50,164 nt of DNA, from NCBI GenBank assembly GCA_963693365.1, contig CAVNZM010000031.1, forward strand, positions 1-50,164, written 5' to 3'. Source of the stretch: Amoebidium appalachense (lineage: Eukaryota > Protista > Ichthyosporea). The notes under the pieces were generated by a model that had not been told where the DNA came from, did not search any database, and saw only the letters and a program-made list of their open reading frames with translations. A program made the position numbers and the translations under genes. This document shows, piece after piece, positions 21,573 through 39,231 of the stretch; the stretch's first letter is position 1; the number at the start of each line of letters is the position of its first letter.

Positions 21573-22938
21573 CTGTCATGTGCTGAGCTGATTCGTATTA
21601 GTTTACTTCTATATTTTGTGTTTTGGTGAGTTGCCCAGCAGAGGCCTCAGAGGGGACCGGCGGCAGTCACCCTCCCCACGGCGCTACCAGCCCTACCAGC
21701 CACGGCCACAACGGGATAACAGATGGGCCAGGCTGGCGTCTTTGGGGCGGGACAGCAAGAGCCGGCGCCAGGCTCTTTCCCAGGCACCTGTGACAACTGC
21801 AAGGAGCGGGGGCAACGCGTGGTGTAAACAGCCCCGTCGTGGGGGGCAGGGACGTCGGTGACCGTGTTGCTGGTATGAAGGTTTTATTAGGGGGTAGGCC
21901 ATCTCTTGGGTTGTTGTTGTTGTAATACTATGGGAGTAACTGTTGTGTGGTGTTATTTTTCGGCGAGTTTTCTACTGGTGCCTGGCGTTTTCGACGTGTG
22001 TATGAGTCCTGTGTTGGCGACGTGTGTGGTTAGGGTCAGTGGAATAGAAAGTCCTGCTGCTGTCTGGGAGCTCGGCCCTCTGACGAGGGGGCTGGGGGGG
22101 GGTCGAAGTGTAGTCATGGCAGTGGCAGGCCCCCACTGTTGTGAACCCCCGTCGTCAAAGGGCCTGGTGCTGAGGCCCCTTGGAGTGGCTGCCCTGGGGC
22201 CTGGTGTTGAGGCCCTTTGGAGTGGCTGCCCGTAGTGTTGTTGAGTAGTGTTGTGGTGCCCAGTGCAGCAGTAGGCCTTAGACACACCGCTGGGTAGGGC
22301 ACGGTTGGGGCGGAGGCATTCCCAAACCACCGGGACCTACGTAGTAGGAGTCTTTGTCGGGTAGAGGAATGGCCAGCAAGAGAGTCTGGAGGTGTACGTC
22401 ACATGAGTCTGGAGGTGTTCGTCACGGCATGTTTGGTTGTGTTAGGAATTCTTTGGGGATGGGGCATGCTGAGTGTGGTTGTATGGATGGTGTCTGTTAT
22501 CATGTCTGTTGCTATGTTCCACTCGATATAACATTGTGCCAGGGGCATGGGGTTTTGGGTGCAGATTGTGGACGGGGGCAGAGGTGCATCTACAGGGCAA
22601 CGTCAGTGGCGGTTCATAATTATCCTTGTTTTGGGGTTGGGTTGGGTATTAACCATGGTGGGGTGGTGTGTGGATGTATGTATATGTTTTATGTTATATG
22701 TTAAATGTTGCTTCCTGCATGGGTAGCGGTAGTTGTAGTCGCTCAGCACATAACTTTATTTTGTTTTTAGGTAGTTTTTACTGAGGTGGAACTCAGTTAT
22801 TTTCTGTGCGAGGGGGAGTTGTCATGTGCTGAGCTGATTCGTATTAGTTTACTTCTATATTTTGTGTTTTGGTGAGTTAATTTCGGGGGTTTTCTTGCAT
22901 AGTGATGCCGGGGTCTAAATGGGGTATGAGGAGATTAA

Positions 22939-23560
22939 TCAGTGGTATGGGGAGAATCTGATGCAGCGGCGGCTGATTGTTTGGTGCGCGCGTGCATGCC
23001 CCATGCCTCTGCGTACTCTCCATGTTAAATGTTGTATTGCTTCTTGCTGTGTGCGTGGCGAGACCCATGTTGCCTGCTCGCGTGTGTGTATGCTTATATG
23101 TATTGTGAGTAAACGTGTGTACGTGTTGTAGTGCTGTAGGGGTGTCTGAGGTCGCGGTAGCCAATGGTGTGGAGTGCGTGTAGTCTGTGGGGGAGGGAGT
23201 GTTGTGATTGGCTGAATGTCACTGTGGTATTTGTCTGGCCAGTGGGCCGCGTGTCTGTGAAGTGTCTCGCGGGGTCGCGGGCTTTTGGAAGTTCTTCTCA
23301 GAACACAAAAAACTCGCTTCCCACCCAACTCAAAGAAAAGTTTATACGTATACACGGTTTCGAGCCCCTTTAAGCGTGCAGATAGTTAGAGTAGTTCATA
23401 TACACTCTGTTTGTTGCCACGACAATACCCAGGGCTTGAAGCCGTCCTTGTGGTGTGGGCATGTTTTCTTTTTGTTTTTGCACTGGGCTTTTTTTGAGGG
23501 TGCAAATGCAGGGCATCGTTCGGGGTCAACCGAATCGGGGCGCAAAAGTGCGTCTCCCAT
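22939..23560 (-). CDS. Spliced gene start: zinc-knuckle exon (23429-23560), 61-nt intron, exon 2 from 23367
   Basis: ATG 23560 gives ...RCPAFAPSKKAQCKNKKKTCPHH...KPW. The intron 23428-23368 runs GTATTG..CTAAC..AAG. Exon 2 continues in frame as GLETVYTYKLFF...RRTSKSP. Downstream exons are unresolved. Confidence 0.55.
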
Positions 23561-23864
23561 TTCTAGTGTTTTGTTTTGGTGTGCACTGTTCTTGGATTGG
23601 GGTGAAGTGAGACAAAAAGTAAAAGCGAGTACTTTTTGTTGACTGGTTGATGGCATATCAATCAATCTCTTGGTGCCAAACCACTGACCAATCACATGGG
23701 TGTATTCACGAATTCCAATCTAAATTCGGCATCTGGAGAGAGGGGTACTGGTAAAACACAAGAGCAACACGGCATCAAGAGTTTGTACCACAGGCAAGAT
23801 CTCAGAGAGGTCACTTTTGGGGTGTAACACGTCGGATACTGAAAGTTTTGTGAGGTACACGTAC

Positions 23865-24137
23865 ATGTTCGACAGCACGGTCACCACAGGCATTCTTTAT
23901 GTGATATCTATATGCAGTGTCGTTGCAAATATACACTGGTACAATTTAATGAAGTCCGAACCGAATGCTAGAGAGAAAGTGAACAAAATGTATCTGGTGT
24001 ACATCAGCGCTGCTATTGTCCTCACATGTTTATTGGTTACACCATTGATGTATGCAGTCATATACTATTTCAATAAGAAGACGGGTGCTGCGGAGTACGA
24101 CACCACTCTGAGACAAACAAGTCACTCGGACTTTTAA
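23865..24137 (+). CDS. Small protein with two predicted transmembrane helices
   Basis: GILYVISICSVVANIHW and LVYISAAIVLTCLLVTPLMYAVIYYF are hydrophobic stretches. Confidence 0.55.
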   Translation: MFDSTVTTGILYVISICSVVANIHWYNLMKSEPNAREKVNKMYLVYISAAIVLTCLLVTPLMYAVIYYFNKKTGAAEYDTTLRQTSHSDF

Positions 24138-24160
24138 TCCGATTGACGTGTCACCGCGCC

Positions 24161-24555
24161 AGCGCTGCATACAAAAAGACCCGAAGTGGAGTATACGACA
24201 AACCCAGCGCCAGCGCTTCATACCCAAAGTGGACACAATAAAAAGACAGTTGCTGTGAGTGCAAAGCTGTGTGTGCAAAAAGAGGGGAAATAAGCGCTGC
24301 ATACAAAAGCCCCGAAGTGGAGTATACGACAAACCCAGCGCCAGCGCTTCATACCCAAAGTGGATACAATAAAAAGACAGTTGCTGTGTGTGCAAAGCTG
24401 TGTGTGCAAAAAGAGGGGAAATAAGCGCTGCATACAAAAGCCCCGAAGTGGAGTATACGACAAACCCAGCGCCAGCGCTTCATACCCAAAGTGGATACAA
24501 TAAAAAGACAGTTGCTGTGTGTGCAAAGCTGTGTGTGCAAAAAGAGGGGAAATAA
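24161..24555. repeat. About 131-bp tandem repeat x3
   Basis: agcgctgcatacaaaa..ccgaagtggagtatacgac... at 24161, 24293 and 24424. Confidence 0.92.
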
Positions 24556-24557
24556 AT

Positions 24558-24653
24558 ACTTTAAACGTGCATGCAATATACATCGATAGACTTATGAAAG
24601 CACACAAACTGTGTGCCACACGGGCATGCATGCATGGGGAGGGAGTGTGGGGT

Positions 24654-24690
<37 letters not shown>

Positions 24691-24777
24691 GACTTTGAAC
24701 GTGCATGCAATAGACTTATGAAAGCACACAAACTGTGTGCCACACGGGCATGCATGCATGGGGAGGGAGTGTGGGGT

Positions 24778-24820
<43 letters not shown>

Positions 24821-24891
24821 GACTTTGAACGTGCATAGACTGTGTGCCACACGGGCATGCATGCATGGGGAGGGAGTGGGTGGGGGGGGGT

Positions 24892-24933
<42 letters not shown>

Positions 24934-24986
24934 GACTTTGAACGTGCATAGACTATGTGCCACACGGGCATGCATGCATGGGGAGG

Positions 24987-25038
<52 letters not shown>

Positions 25039-25125
25039 GACTTTGAACGTGCATGCAATAGACTTATGAAAGCACACAAACTGTGTGCCACACGGGCATG
25101 CATGCATGGGGAGGGAGTGTGGGGT

Positions 25126-25163
<38 letters not shown>

Positions 25164-25250
25164 GACTTTGAACGTGCATGCAATAGACTTATGAAAGCAC
25201 ACAAACTGTGTGCCACACGGGCATGCATGCATGGGGAGGGAGTGTGGGGT

Positions 25251-25286
<36 letters not shown>

Positions 25287-25350
25287 GACTTTGAACGTGC
25301 ATAGACTGTGTGCCACACGGGCATGCATGCATGGGGAGGGAGTGTGGGGT

Positions 25351-25384
<34 letters not shown>

Positions 25385-25437
25385 GACTTTGAACGTGCAT
25401 AGACTATGTGCCACACGGGCATGCATGCATGGGGAGG

Positions 25438-25491
<54 letters not shown>

Positions 25492-25707
25492 GACTTTGAA
25501 CGTGCATGCAATAGACTTATGAAAGCACACAAACTGTGTGCCACACGGGCATGCATGCATGGGGAGGGAGTGTGGGGTGGGGGGGGGGGGGGGGGGGGGG
25601 GGGGAGACTTTGAACGTGCATGCAATAGACTTATGAAAGCACACAAACTGTGTGCCACACGGGCATGCATGCATGGGGAGGGAGTGTGTGTGTGGGGGGG
25701 GTGGGGT

Positions 25708-25752
<45 letters not shown>

Positions 25753-25880
25753 GACTTTGAACGTGCATGCAATAGACTTATGAAAGCACACAAACTGTGT
25801 GCCACACGGGCATGCATGCATGGGGAGGGAGTGTGTGTGTGTGTGTGTGGGGGGGGGGGGGGGGAGACTTTGCATGCATG
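24558..25880. repeat. Poly-G minisatellite, about 11 units (GAGACTTTGAACGTGCA...GGGCATGCATGCATGGGGAGGGAGT + Gn)
   Basis: Direct reading. Two unit variants exist, with or without the GCAATAGACTTATGAAAGCACACAAA segment. Confidence 0.95.
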
Positions 25881-26235
25881 CAAGTGTGTACCAAAAGGGA
25901 CCTGGACTTCTTTGTATACAATCGATATTTAATCGGTTGAAAACAGCAAAACAAGACTTGTACATATATAATAACCACAAGATACTAAACCATCCAGAAG
26001 ACTTGTACATATATAATAACCACAAGATACTAAACCATCCAGATTCTGAACCAGAAAAAAAAAAAGATGCCTACATGCTATGATCCATAAGATGCTCGTT
26101 AACATAAATACAGAAACCGTAAGGTGCTACCAGTATCAACAGTCATATATTAAAATACATCAGCCAGCCCCTGTGGCCATACCCAGCCCCTGACACATAC
26201 AACAAAATCAAAACACACCCCTCACCACTCCCAAC

Positions 26236-27558
26236 CTAATCTTCTTCGTCTTCATCACTGTCCCCGTGAATAACCTGTATATCTGAAACTTGCTTTGCTC
26301 GTGTCCTGCCACTGCGGGCAGGGGCTGGTTTCTGACTCGGTTTTGGTTTCTTTGCTCGACCACTTTCTTTCCCTTTCTTCCCCTCGACCTTCTCGCCCAT
26401 ACCCATCATGTCCTCCAATTCCTCATCTATTGCCATCTCAAATGACGTCTCTTCCTGGCGGTGCCGTTTGTACACACCGAAAGAAATATCTGACACCCCT
26501 CTCTTTGAACCCTGGGAATATGCAGAGGGGTTCGACATCATGGAGGCACCAAAAGTGTGGGATTGGGTGCTGGTAACGGTGGTGAGGGACGGATTGAAGG
26601 GGGGTACGGGCATGACAGAGGCTAAACCGGGTGGGGGGAGGGTGAGAATGGGCAGGGGGAGGTTGAGGGGGGTTTTGGGCTGAGTGGTACCGGGCGGGGG
26701 GAGGGTGGGGGTGGGATTTTGATTGGTCGTACCAGGGGGGGGGAGGGGGGGGGCGAGACCGTGTTGGACGGTAATGTCGGGGAGGGGCTGGGGGTCATTC
26801 CAATCACGAAGTTTCTGTGTGCTCTCGTCGATTGTTCTACGGTATGATTCCCTCATGGTCGCAATGTGTGACTGAAGCTTGGTAATCTCGGCCCGGTATC
26901 TTTCCCCTTCAGCCTGATGCTCCAGGATATCGGCCACCTTTCCAACAAGCTGCCCTTCGAGGTCCCGATTCTTTGCCGATAACACCTGTTCCTTTGCATC
27001 TGCAAGGTGTTTTTGTTTGGCCGCCGCCGATTTTAGCTCGGCAATTTCCCCCTTAAGGATTTGGATGTCGTGATCCTTCGTTTGTAATTCTTTCTCTGCG
27101 GCTTCCAGCTTCTCCTGCAATTCGGTGGTTGGGGTGGTGACAGCGGGTGCAGTGGCCGCAGTACCGACCTTTGCCAATGCAGAGGCAATGGCACTGTCTA
27201 CTTTCGACTGCAACACAGTCTCCAAGTACTCTTCGAACATTTTTGGATCGACGGGAGCAGTGTCGCCGGAGTGTGGGGGGGGGGGTTGGATGGGGGGGGG
27301 GGACTTGGCCGCCGGAGTGTGGGGGGGGGGTTGGATGGGGGGGGGACTTGGCCGCCGGAGTGTGGGGGGGGGGTTGGATGGGGAGGGGGGACTTCGCCGC
27401 CGGAGTGTGGGGGGGGGTTGGATGGGGGGGGGACTTCGCCGCCGGAGTGTGGGGGGGGGTTGGATGGGGGGGGGGACTTTCGATGTGACGGGGTCGGCGG
27501 ACTTGCTGATGTTGGTTTCGGATGACCCCGACCCGGGAGTTTGCTGGGAATAATCCAT
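26236..27558 (-). CDS. Proline-rich repeat plus coiled-coil protein
   Basis: ATG 27558. PPPIQPPPTLRRRS-type repeats, central heptads, and a basic/acidic tail. Confidence 0.7.
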   Translation of the reverse strand: MDYSQQTPGSGSSETNISKSADPVTSKVPPPIQPPPTLRRRSPPPIQPPPTLRRRSPPSPSNPPPTLRRPSPPPIQPPPHTPAAKSPPPIQPPPPHSGDTAPVDPKMFEEYLETVLQSKVDSAIASALAKVGTAATAPAVTTPTTELQEKLEAAEKELQTKDHDIQILKGEIAELKSAAAKQKHLADAKEQVLSAKNRDLEGQLVGKVADILEHQAEGERYRAEITKLQSHIATMRESYRRTIDESTQKLRDWNDPQPLPDITVQHGLAPPLPPPGTTNQNPTPTLPPPGTTQPKTPLNLPLPILTLPPPGLASVMPVPPFNPSLTTVTSTQSHTFGASMMSNPSAYSQGSKRGVSDISFGVYKRHRQEETSFEMAIDEELEDMMGMGEKVEGKKGKESGRAKKPKPSQKPAPARSGRTRAKQVSDIQVIHGDSDEDEED

Positions 27559-29040
27559 CGTGACAGTTTTCACAAAAAAAAAAGGATAAACAAAGGGAAA
27601 AAAAGAAAGGAAGTCTTACGTTTCTCTGCGCAAACACAGTCGTGTGCAAACCCAGTCGTGAACAAGGGAAAAAGGAAAAAAAAAAACAAGGGAAAAAGGA
27701 AAAAAAAAAAGAAAGTGCTACGAATACGATTCTCTGTTGTGAACAAAGGAAAAAGTAAAAAAAAGAGTGTTACGTTTCTCTGCGCAAACACAGTCCTGTG
27801 CAAACCCAGTCGTGAACAAGAGAAAAAGAAAAAAAAAAGAGAGTGTTACGTTTCTCTAGGCAAACACCGTCGTGTGCAAACACAGCCATGAACAAATGAA
27901 TCAGAAAAGTAGAAAATGACAGCGCTGTGAACTGATATAAAAAAACCGCCATCAATAATTTATGTGAAGCCATTGCGCAAAATACGATCTTATGTTACGA
28001 GAATCAAGCATAAGAAAAACAGAACTTTTTGGCGCTGTTAGTGAATATATCTCTAATCGTGTTTGGTTCACAGGTAAACTGTATAAAAAAGGTGAATATA
28101 CGAAATAAAAATATAATATACAGGACAAAACGAGCGCTAGTTTAAAACATCGAAGGATATACGCTTTCACAACATCTTATTCGCGGACCTTTTTACGTGC
28201 AAGCGTTTTGATTGGTGCATAGGGGTTGGTTCTTGCCCCACGTGATTCGCGGCGCTGATGCTCAGGGTATTCTGATTGACCGAAATCGAAGCATCGGATT
28301 CAAATTGGGCAAATACAAAACGCTTTCCAACCAAAATCCCAAGCGCATGGTTGTTTATTTATAGAACCTTATATGTCATAAAACATACAACCCTCTTTTA
28401 GGATTTCCCTTATTCCTTGCTCAGTCAAAACGCTCCAGGGTCGGTGCTGCTATCAGTCACTAAGTAATTTCATTGGCCAGTCATCACGTAAATGCGCCAG
28501 CCAACAAAACCAATCGGTGATTGGTGAATAGTGGTTGGGTCAACGTGATCGGGCACTGGTACTCTAGGCAAGCGCTTATCGGCATTGGTACAATCTAGTT
28601 GGTCAATACACCGTGACTCAAGGCTGCAACGCTTTTCGAAGACCAGATTCACAGGACCCTTTCCAAACAAAATTCCAAGCAAATGTCTGTGTCCGCGTAA
28701 AGTATAAATAAACATAAATAAATTATGCTTTTTTAATATTTATTGCCTATTAGAATAAATCACAATTGTTACTCGCAAAAGGGTCTTGGTTGGGCAGGCT
28801 GGCCTTGCTACCCAAACTATTATTAGCCGATCTCACTGATTAGCTTATTATCACGTACGCGCCAATCAGTGATTCCATTGGCCAAACTGAACAAAACATT
28901 AATTGGCCAGTCATCAAAAACGTGATTTTCTTGCTTGCTTCAAGCTTTGCGAAATGAGAATATATGTTCAACACTCTCTTTGCGCTCTATATACAACGGA
29001 GAAATTACAAGAGTCCATCTTGATTCCCGAACGAACAAAT

Positions 29041-29304
29041 ATAACCAAGCGCACCACACCAGTTCGTGTTACTTTCGCCCGGCGCTGCTGTTGTACATGT
29101 TTCAAACATAACCAAGCGCGCCACACCAATTCGTGTCACTTTCGCCCAGCGCTGCTGTTGTGCATGTTTCAAACGTAATCAGGCGCACCACATCAGTTCG
29201 TGTCACTTTCGCCCAGCGCTGCTGTTGTGCATGTTTCAAACATAATCAAGCGCACCACACCAGTTCGTGTCACTTTCGCCCGGCGCTGCTGTTGTACATG
29301 TTTC
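29041..29304. repeat. 67-bp tandem repeat x4
   Basis: Units at 29041, 29108, 29175 and 29242 (..gcgcaccacaccagttcgtgtcactttcgccc.gcgctgctgttgt.catgtttc..). Confidence 0.9.
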
Positions 29305-29585
29305 CATTGTAATTACAAATAGGCTAGATTGCCAAAAACAGAACGAAAACAACAAAGAAACTTGTTATAATAACCTGTGCACACCGCGCTATCAGTTGTC
29401 CCCTTTTTTAGCCAATACAGATACATAGAATTTCCTTCATGTTTCCCTGTGCGAGGCACATTTTAGGCTTATGCACACAATCGTAGATTGTTTGGGATAC
29501 GAAAACAGAGCACACACACAAACGAGTTCTTCTAAACACAAACATTGTTAGACTGGACACAAAAAACATAGCGCGCGCATGCACG

Positions 29586-29604
29586 AGCTTTCCTAGGAAC
29601 GATT

Positions 29605-29683
<79 letters not shown>

Positions 29684-29685
29684 AG

Positions 29686-29727
<42 letters not shown>
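29586..29727. repeat. (CA)n(GA)n compound microsatellite upstream of the JmjC gene
   Basis: Direct reading. Confidence 0.95.
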
Positions 29728-29729
<2 letters not shown>

Positions 29730-29844
29730 AAGCACGAGCGCTACAACACGGTGGCACAAGCACACAGACAGAGCGCTCTCACAGACAGTCTTACAGGCAG
29801 AGGGTGCTCACAATTACACACATCACAAAAACACACACAGCAAC

Positions 29845-34988
<5,144 letters not shown>

Positions 34989-34991
<3 letters not shown>

Positions 34992-35275
34992 GGTTTGTGG
35001 TGGGTGCGGTGGGGGAAACGTAGTTGTAGTGGTGGCGGCGGGTAGGCCCCACATTCACATCTTACTTAGGGTTTGTGGTGGGTGCGGTGGGGGAAACGTA
35101 GTTGTAGTGGTGGCGGCGGGTAGGCCCCACATTCACATCTTACTTAGGGTTTGTGGTGGGTGCGGTGGGGGAAACGTAGTTGTAGTGGTGGCGGCGGGTA
35201 GGCCCCACATTCACATCTTACTTAGGGTTTGTGGTGGGTGCGGTGGGGGAAACGTATTTGTGGTGGTGTGGGCAG
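34989..35275. repeat. 78-bp tandem repeat x3.6 starting at the JmjC stop codon
   Basis: tagggtttgtggtgggtgcggtgggggaaacgta... at 34989, 35067, 35145 and 35223. Confidence 0.92.
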
Positions 35276-35551
35276 TAGGCACACATCCACATCTATAGGG
35301 GTTTGTGATGGGTGTGGTGGAGGAAAGACGTGGTACAAAGTTTTCATACCAAGTTTTCTGTAATGTTTATTCGAATGTGATCTGCTTCAATCTTATCCAA
35401 ATTTTCATGTATATTGTATTTGCCCGGTAACAGTACCAAGTTTCCGTAATGATTATTGAATGTATTTGCCCGTGGTAGCGGGAGAGACTCCATTTAATAT
35501 ACCCCAAGTCTCCTTTTCAATCTGTGTACAAGCACACTGGCACGTACATTG

Positions 35552-35748
<197 letters not shown>

Positions 35749-35939
35749 GATACACATGCTACCAAGTTTTCATTGAACGGTGAAGGGGAGGGGGGGGGAG
35801 ATAGACTCCAGCTCATCAAAATTAAACATCCCAACAGATTCTCTCGTCATTTACATTTTCCATGTTTGTGGAGATTCTCTCGTCATTTACATTTTCCATG
35901 TTTGTGGTGTAAGTCCATTCATCCTTTGTGTGTAGGTCT

Positions 35940-36200
35940 CTATGCATCCTCAGGCTCCATCATCTTCTGCAGTACAATTGCTGTCTGTCGTTGATTCTTC
36001 GGCACCCACTTCTTGAATCCACACTTCTCCGCCAACTCATCGGGCAGATCTATATAGCCCTTTTCCGCAAGCTCTTGTGCGTATGCTCGTTGCTCCATCT
36101 GCGTCCGCCGGGTGGTGGCCTCGGTCGGCACAATAGTTGCCTGCACCACGGGTGCCTTGCCGGGCTCCTCCTTCAGCTTGTACTCCCATTGGTACGCCAT
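35940..36200 (-). CDS. Small hypothetical protein
   Basis: 86-aa ATG ORF with natural composition, directly downstream of the Cys-rich gene. Confidence 0.55.
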   Translation of the reverse strand: MAYQWEYKLKEEPGKAPVVQATIVPTEATTRRTQMEQRAYAQELAEKGYIDLPDELAEKCGFKKWVPKNQRQTAIVLQKMMEPEDA

Positions 36201-36236
36201 ACTCTATGCCACAAAAATCTCTGCTCACCCAACCCT

Positions 36237-36629
36237 TCAAGTGCGCTCCTTGATCACCACCGCAGGCGCATGCGCACACGTGGGGCACGCCGGGCACTTC
36301 TGCTCGGGCGGGCAGCGCGTGCATGCGGGGCACTGTGCGCACCGAGTGGGGCTGGCACCGCACACGTGGCAGCGGGGGCAGTGCGCACACTTGCGGCGGG
36401 GAACGCAGCTGCCGCAGCTGGCACACATTGGGCACGCACGCTGGCACTTGAGCACTGCCAGGCGCCGCCGCACACGTGGGCTGAACGTGTCCCAGAGCAC
36501 GTAGAGGATCAGGCCGGCCAGGATGGCCAGTAGGATGGGGGAGGGCCCGGGGGTGCTGCGCGGGCTTGTGCGGATCGGGGGAGGGGGTGCGAATGGGCTG
36601 GGTGGGGGAAGGGGTGCGCCAGCGTCCAT
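36237..36629 (-). CDS. Single-pass membrane protein with CxxC/CPxC repeats
   Basis: ATG 36629, Pro-rich leader, TM segment ILLAILAGLILYVLW, then CPMCASC...CAHCPRCHVC...CAQCPAC...CPACPTC. Confidence 0.7.
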   Translation of the reverse strand: MDAGAPLPPPSPFAPPPPIRTSPRSTPGPSPILLAILAGLILYVLWDTFSPRVRRRLAVLKCQRACPMCASCGSCVPRRKCAHCPRCHVCGASPTRCAQCPACTRCPPEQKCPACPTCAHAPAVVIKERT

Positions 36630-36717
36630 GTTACCCGGTGCACGATATAATGTGGGGTTGGGGTTGTGCGGGCAGATGGGAGGAGGGTTTGGGGGGGGGG
36701 GAGGGGGGGGGGGGGGG

Positions 36718-36989
36718 GCGCTCATGAGCAAGGGTATGGTGATAGCGATCATGACCCTACTCGCCAACAACACAGGTGCAAGCGCACGGTGATAGCGCTC
36801 ATGACCCTACTCTCAAGCAACACAGGTGCAAGCGCACGGTGATAGCGCTCATGACCCTACTCGCCAACAACACAGGTGCAAGCGCACGGTGATAGCGCTC
36901 ATGACCCTACTCTCAAGCAACACAGGTGCAAGCGCACGGTGATAGCGCTCATGACCCTACTCTCAAGCAACACAGGTGCAAGCGCACGG
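36718..36989. repeat. 50-bp tandem array (about 5 copies); reverse complement of the subunits in 39934-40823
   Basis: gtgatagcgctcatgaccctactc.c.a.caacacaggtgcaagcgcacg units. Confidence 0.9.
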
Positions 36990-37229
36990 GCAGGCCCGAC
37001 CATAACCCCGTTTTTACGGTAAAAAATACCCTAAACGTTTCAAAAATACCATCATATTTTCAGTTTATGGTAAACCCCTGCAAATTTCGTGGTAAGCTAA
37101 AATAGGAACCCCCTTTTGCCCCCTTTAACTGGGGATGAAAAATACCATACACCCCAGGCAAAAATATTCCGGACTTCAAAAAATACCAAGAAACAAATCC
37201 GAATTTTCGGGCTTGCGCACGGGTTATGC

Positions 37230-37335
37230 CACCAATTGGATTTGGCCAATCAGCGCGGCTAGCCGATGGTAACTAGATTTATCCAACCAATCATCCGGTA
37301 AAAGATGTGTCATCCGCGTTTAGCCAATCAGCGCG
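37230..37335 (+). promoter_or_regulatory. CCAAT-box cluster including two CCAATCAGCGCG
   Basis: accaattgg, ggccaatcagcgcg, accaatc and agccaatcagcgcg lie directly upstream of the 616-aa ORF. Confidence 0.6.
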
Positions 37336-39186
37336 ATGACTGATGTTATTATATCCAAATCGTTTCAAATACACCGACCTCAGCTGCACGAAAACACAAC
37401 AGGATTTGGCATGCAGGGTATAGGCAGAATTATTATTTCGCTGTCAGCAATGGGACTTGCACCCTCAATGCCAGTGCGTGTTCGGATCGTTCCATCGAAG
37501 ACACCGCTGTTGTTAGGCCCTGTAGGGGAAGATGTTGTAGTGTTTTCTCTTGCAAACACCAACGGCCTTGCCACGGTTTCAACCCCCGAAGATGTCACTC
37601 TAGTGGAAACGTTGCACCCTTTTGTTGTGTTTGAGGTAGACACCTCGTTGAGTCTATTGCAACTGCAGGAAGAGTTGAAAGCAGGTTTCCGTGCATGCAC
37701 AGCGGTGTACCTCCGAAGCTATGACAAGCTGGCCGTGTACAACCCTGAAGGGCGCTGTTGCCTTGCAACTAGGACGGTGATGCAGGCCACAGCAGCAGAG
37801 ATTGCGGCAAAAATGTCCGAACTGGACCAAAAAACGAGCGAGAGCTTTGCCGATATGTTTTTTGCAACCTCCACTTTGGCGGATGTCCAATACGCGATAG
37901 AGAATAACAGTGATTTTCAGGATAGTAGGTTCTGGAACTGGTGGGGTTTACTTCCTGAGGATGCTATTAGAAGGATCGTAGAGACACACCCCAGTGAGGG
38001 GTACACGGGGGACGGCAAACTGCGGCATTACCCGCCGTGCACTGCGTGGTTGCGAGGGTCTGCAGGAGTTGTCAAGTTAGACAGCTCTGCGTATACGTTA
38101 GAGTCGTTTAACACGTGTTTGCTGCTGCCATTGATGGACCATTATGCCCACCGGAGGGACCACGACGACGACGGCTACAACGATGTCCATGCGAATATAA
38201 TACTAGATATGGCCACCCAAAAGGCCAATATTTTGGCACAAGCTGCCTCAAACCCGCCAGTTACAACTGCACCCCGTACCCAAGCCCACCTGTACGACTA
38301 CGCAAACATCATTAGACACAAGCTGGAATGGGACAAAAAGCTTTCGAATTTAGTTAGCAGGGTCCAGGCGGATTACAGCGAGGGTGGGCCTGCCGAGCGC
38401 AAAAACATATTCGGGCGGTGCACGGGGTGGTTTGCTTACGAGATTCAGGAAGGGCAGGAAGAAGGCGAGTTTGTTCCCCTGGGCCAGATCGATACCGACA
38501 TCGAAACCGTCGAAATTTCCACATACATGCGGCGTCTGCAAGTGGGCGTGTCGTGGCAGATGCTTGTGGACGTCATGAACAAACGACACGTCATTGTGCT
38601 TCCCTTCGATTGGGGAGACTTAATTGACACAATCAGGAAATATGTTGAGCGCGAAGAGTTCCAAAAAGCCCAAGTGGAGGGGCAAGGTAGAGATTTGCCA
38701 TTCGTTGTTGACGGGTTGTATGCTTACGACACCGAAACCCGGCAAGCGGCCGTCATCTACCCCCCGAGTGGATTTGACCAAATCATGCTCAACGATGCCG
38801 ACACCGTCTGCCCCTGGCAAGCAGAGATCGAGAATTATTGGGTACAAACCCCCTCCGACCATTTGGAACAACAGCGCGGCAGCTATATCGGTATTAACAA
38901 GACCACGGGCCAGCCTGACACGTCTCCCAGCGCGGATGCCCTGTGGAGTGCTGTTCCTATCGCCCAGGTTTTGGATGGTCCGGATTGGTACCCTCAACTG
39001 CCGTGTCAGACAGCCCTCGAGGATGCCATCAGGAATCACCATGTGCAAGTAGTTGGTGATCCATACGACCACTGGCTGTATTATGAAGCAGCAACCAACA
39101 CATGGGATGAACTTTGGCCTGACTGTGATCGGTATCACCATATTACCAGCAGGCCAGGCGACTTCGTGCTCTTTTACGATCAATAA
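37336..39186 (+). CDS. Orphan protein (up to 616 aa; true start possibly ATG 37450)
   Basis: Long ORF with natural composition and AATAAA overlapping the stop. No family recognised. Confidence 0.8.
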   Translation: MTDVIISKSFQIHRPQLHENTTGFGMQGIGRIIISLSAMGLAPSMPVRVRIVPSKTPLLLGPVGEDVVVFSLANTNGLATVSTPEDVTLVETLHPFVVFEVDTSLSLLQLQEELKAGFRACTAVYLRSYDKLAVYNPEGRCCLATRTVMQATAAEIAAKMSELDQKTSESFADMFFATSTLADVQYAIENNSDFQDSRFWNWWGLLPEDAIRRIVETHPSEGYTGDGKLRHYPPCTAWLRGSAGVVKLDSSAYTLESFNTCLLLPLMDHYAHRRDHDDDGYNDVHANIILDMATQKANILAQAASNPPVTTAPRTQAHLYDYANIIRHKLEWDKKLSNLVSRVQADYSEGGPAERKNIFGRCTGWFAYEIQEGQEEGEFVPLGQIDTDIETVEISTYMRRLQVGVSWQMLVDVMNKRHVIVLPFDWGDLIDTIRKYVEREEFQKAQVEGQGRDLPFVVDGLYAYDTETRQAAVIYPPSGFDQIMLNDADTVCPWQAEIENYWVQTPSDHLEQQRGSYIGINKTTGQPDTSPSADALWSAVPIAQVLDGPDWYPQLPCQTALEDAIRNHHVQVVGDPYDHWLYYEAATNTWDELWPDCDRYHHITSRPGDFVLFYDQ

Positions 39187-39231
39187 AATTCAACTTATTT
39201 TATTAAGTGAAACTCAGTGCATTCTCACGAA

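Noticed and set aside
24218-26083. Poly-Pro/poly-Gly ORFs
   Set aside because: They are translations of poly-G minisatellites, open in many frames on both strands.
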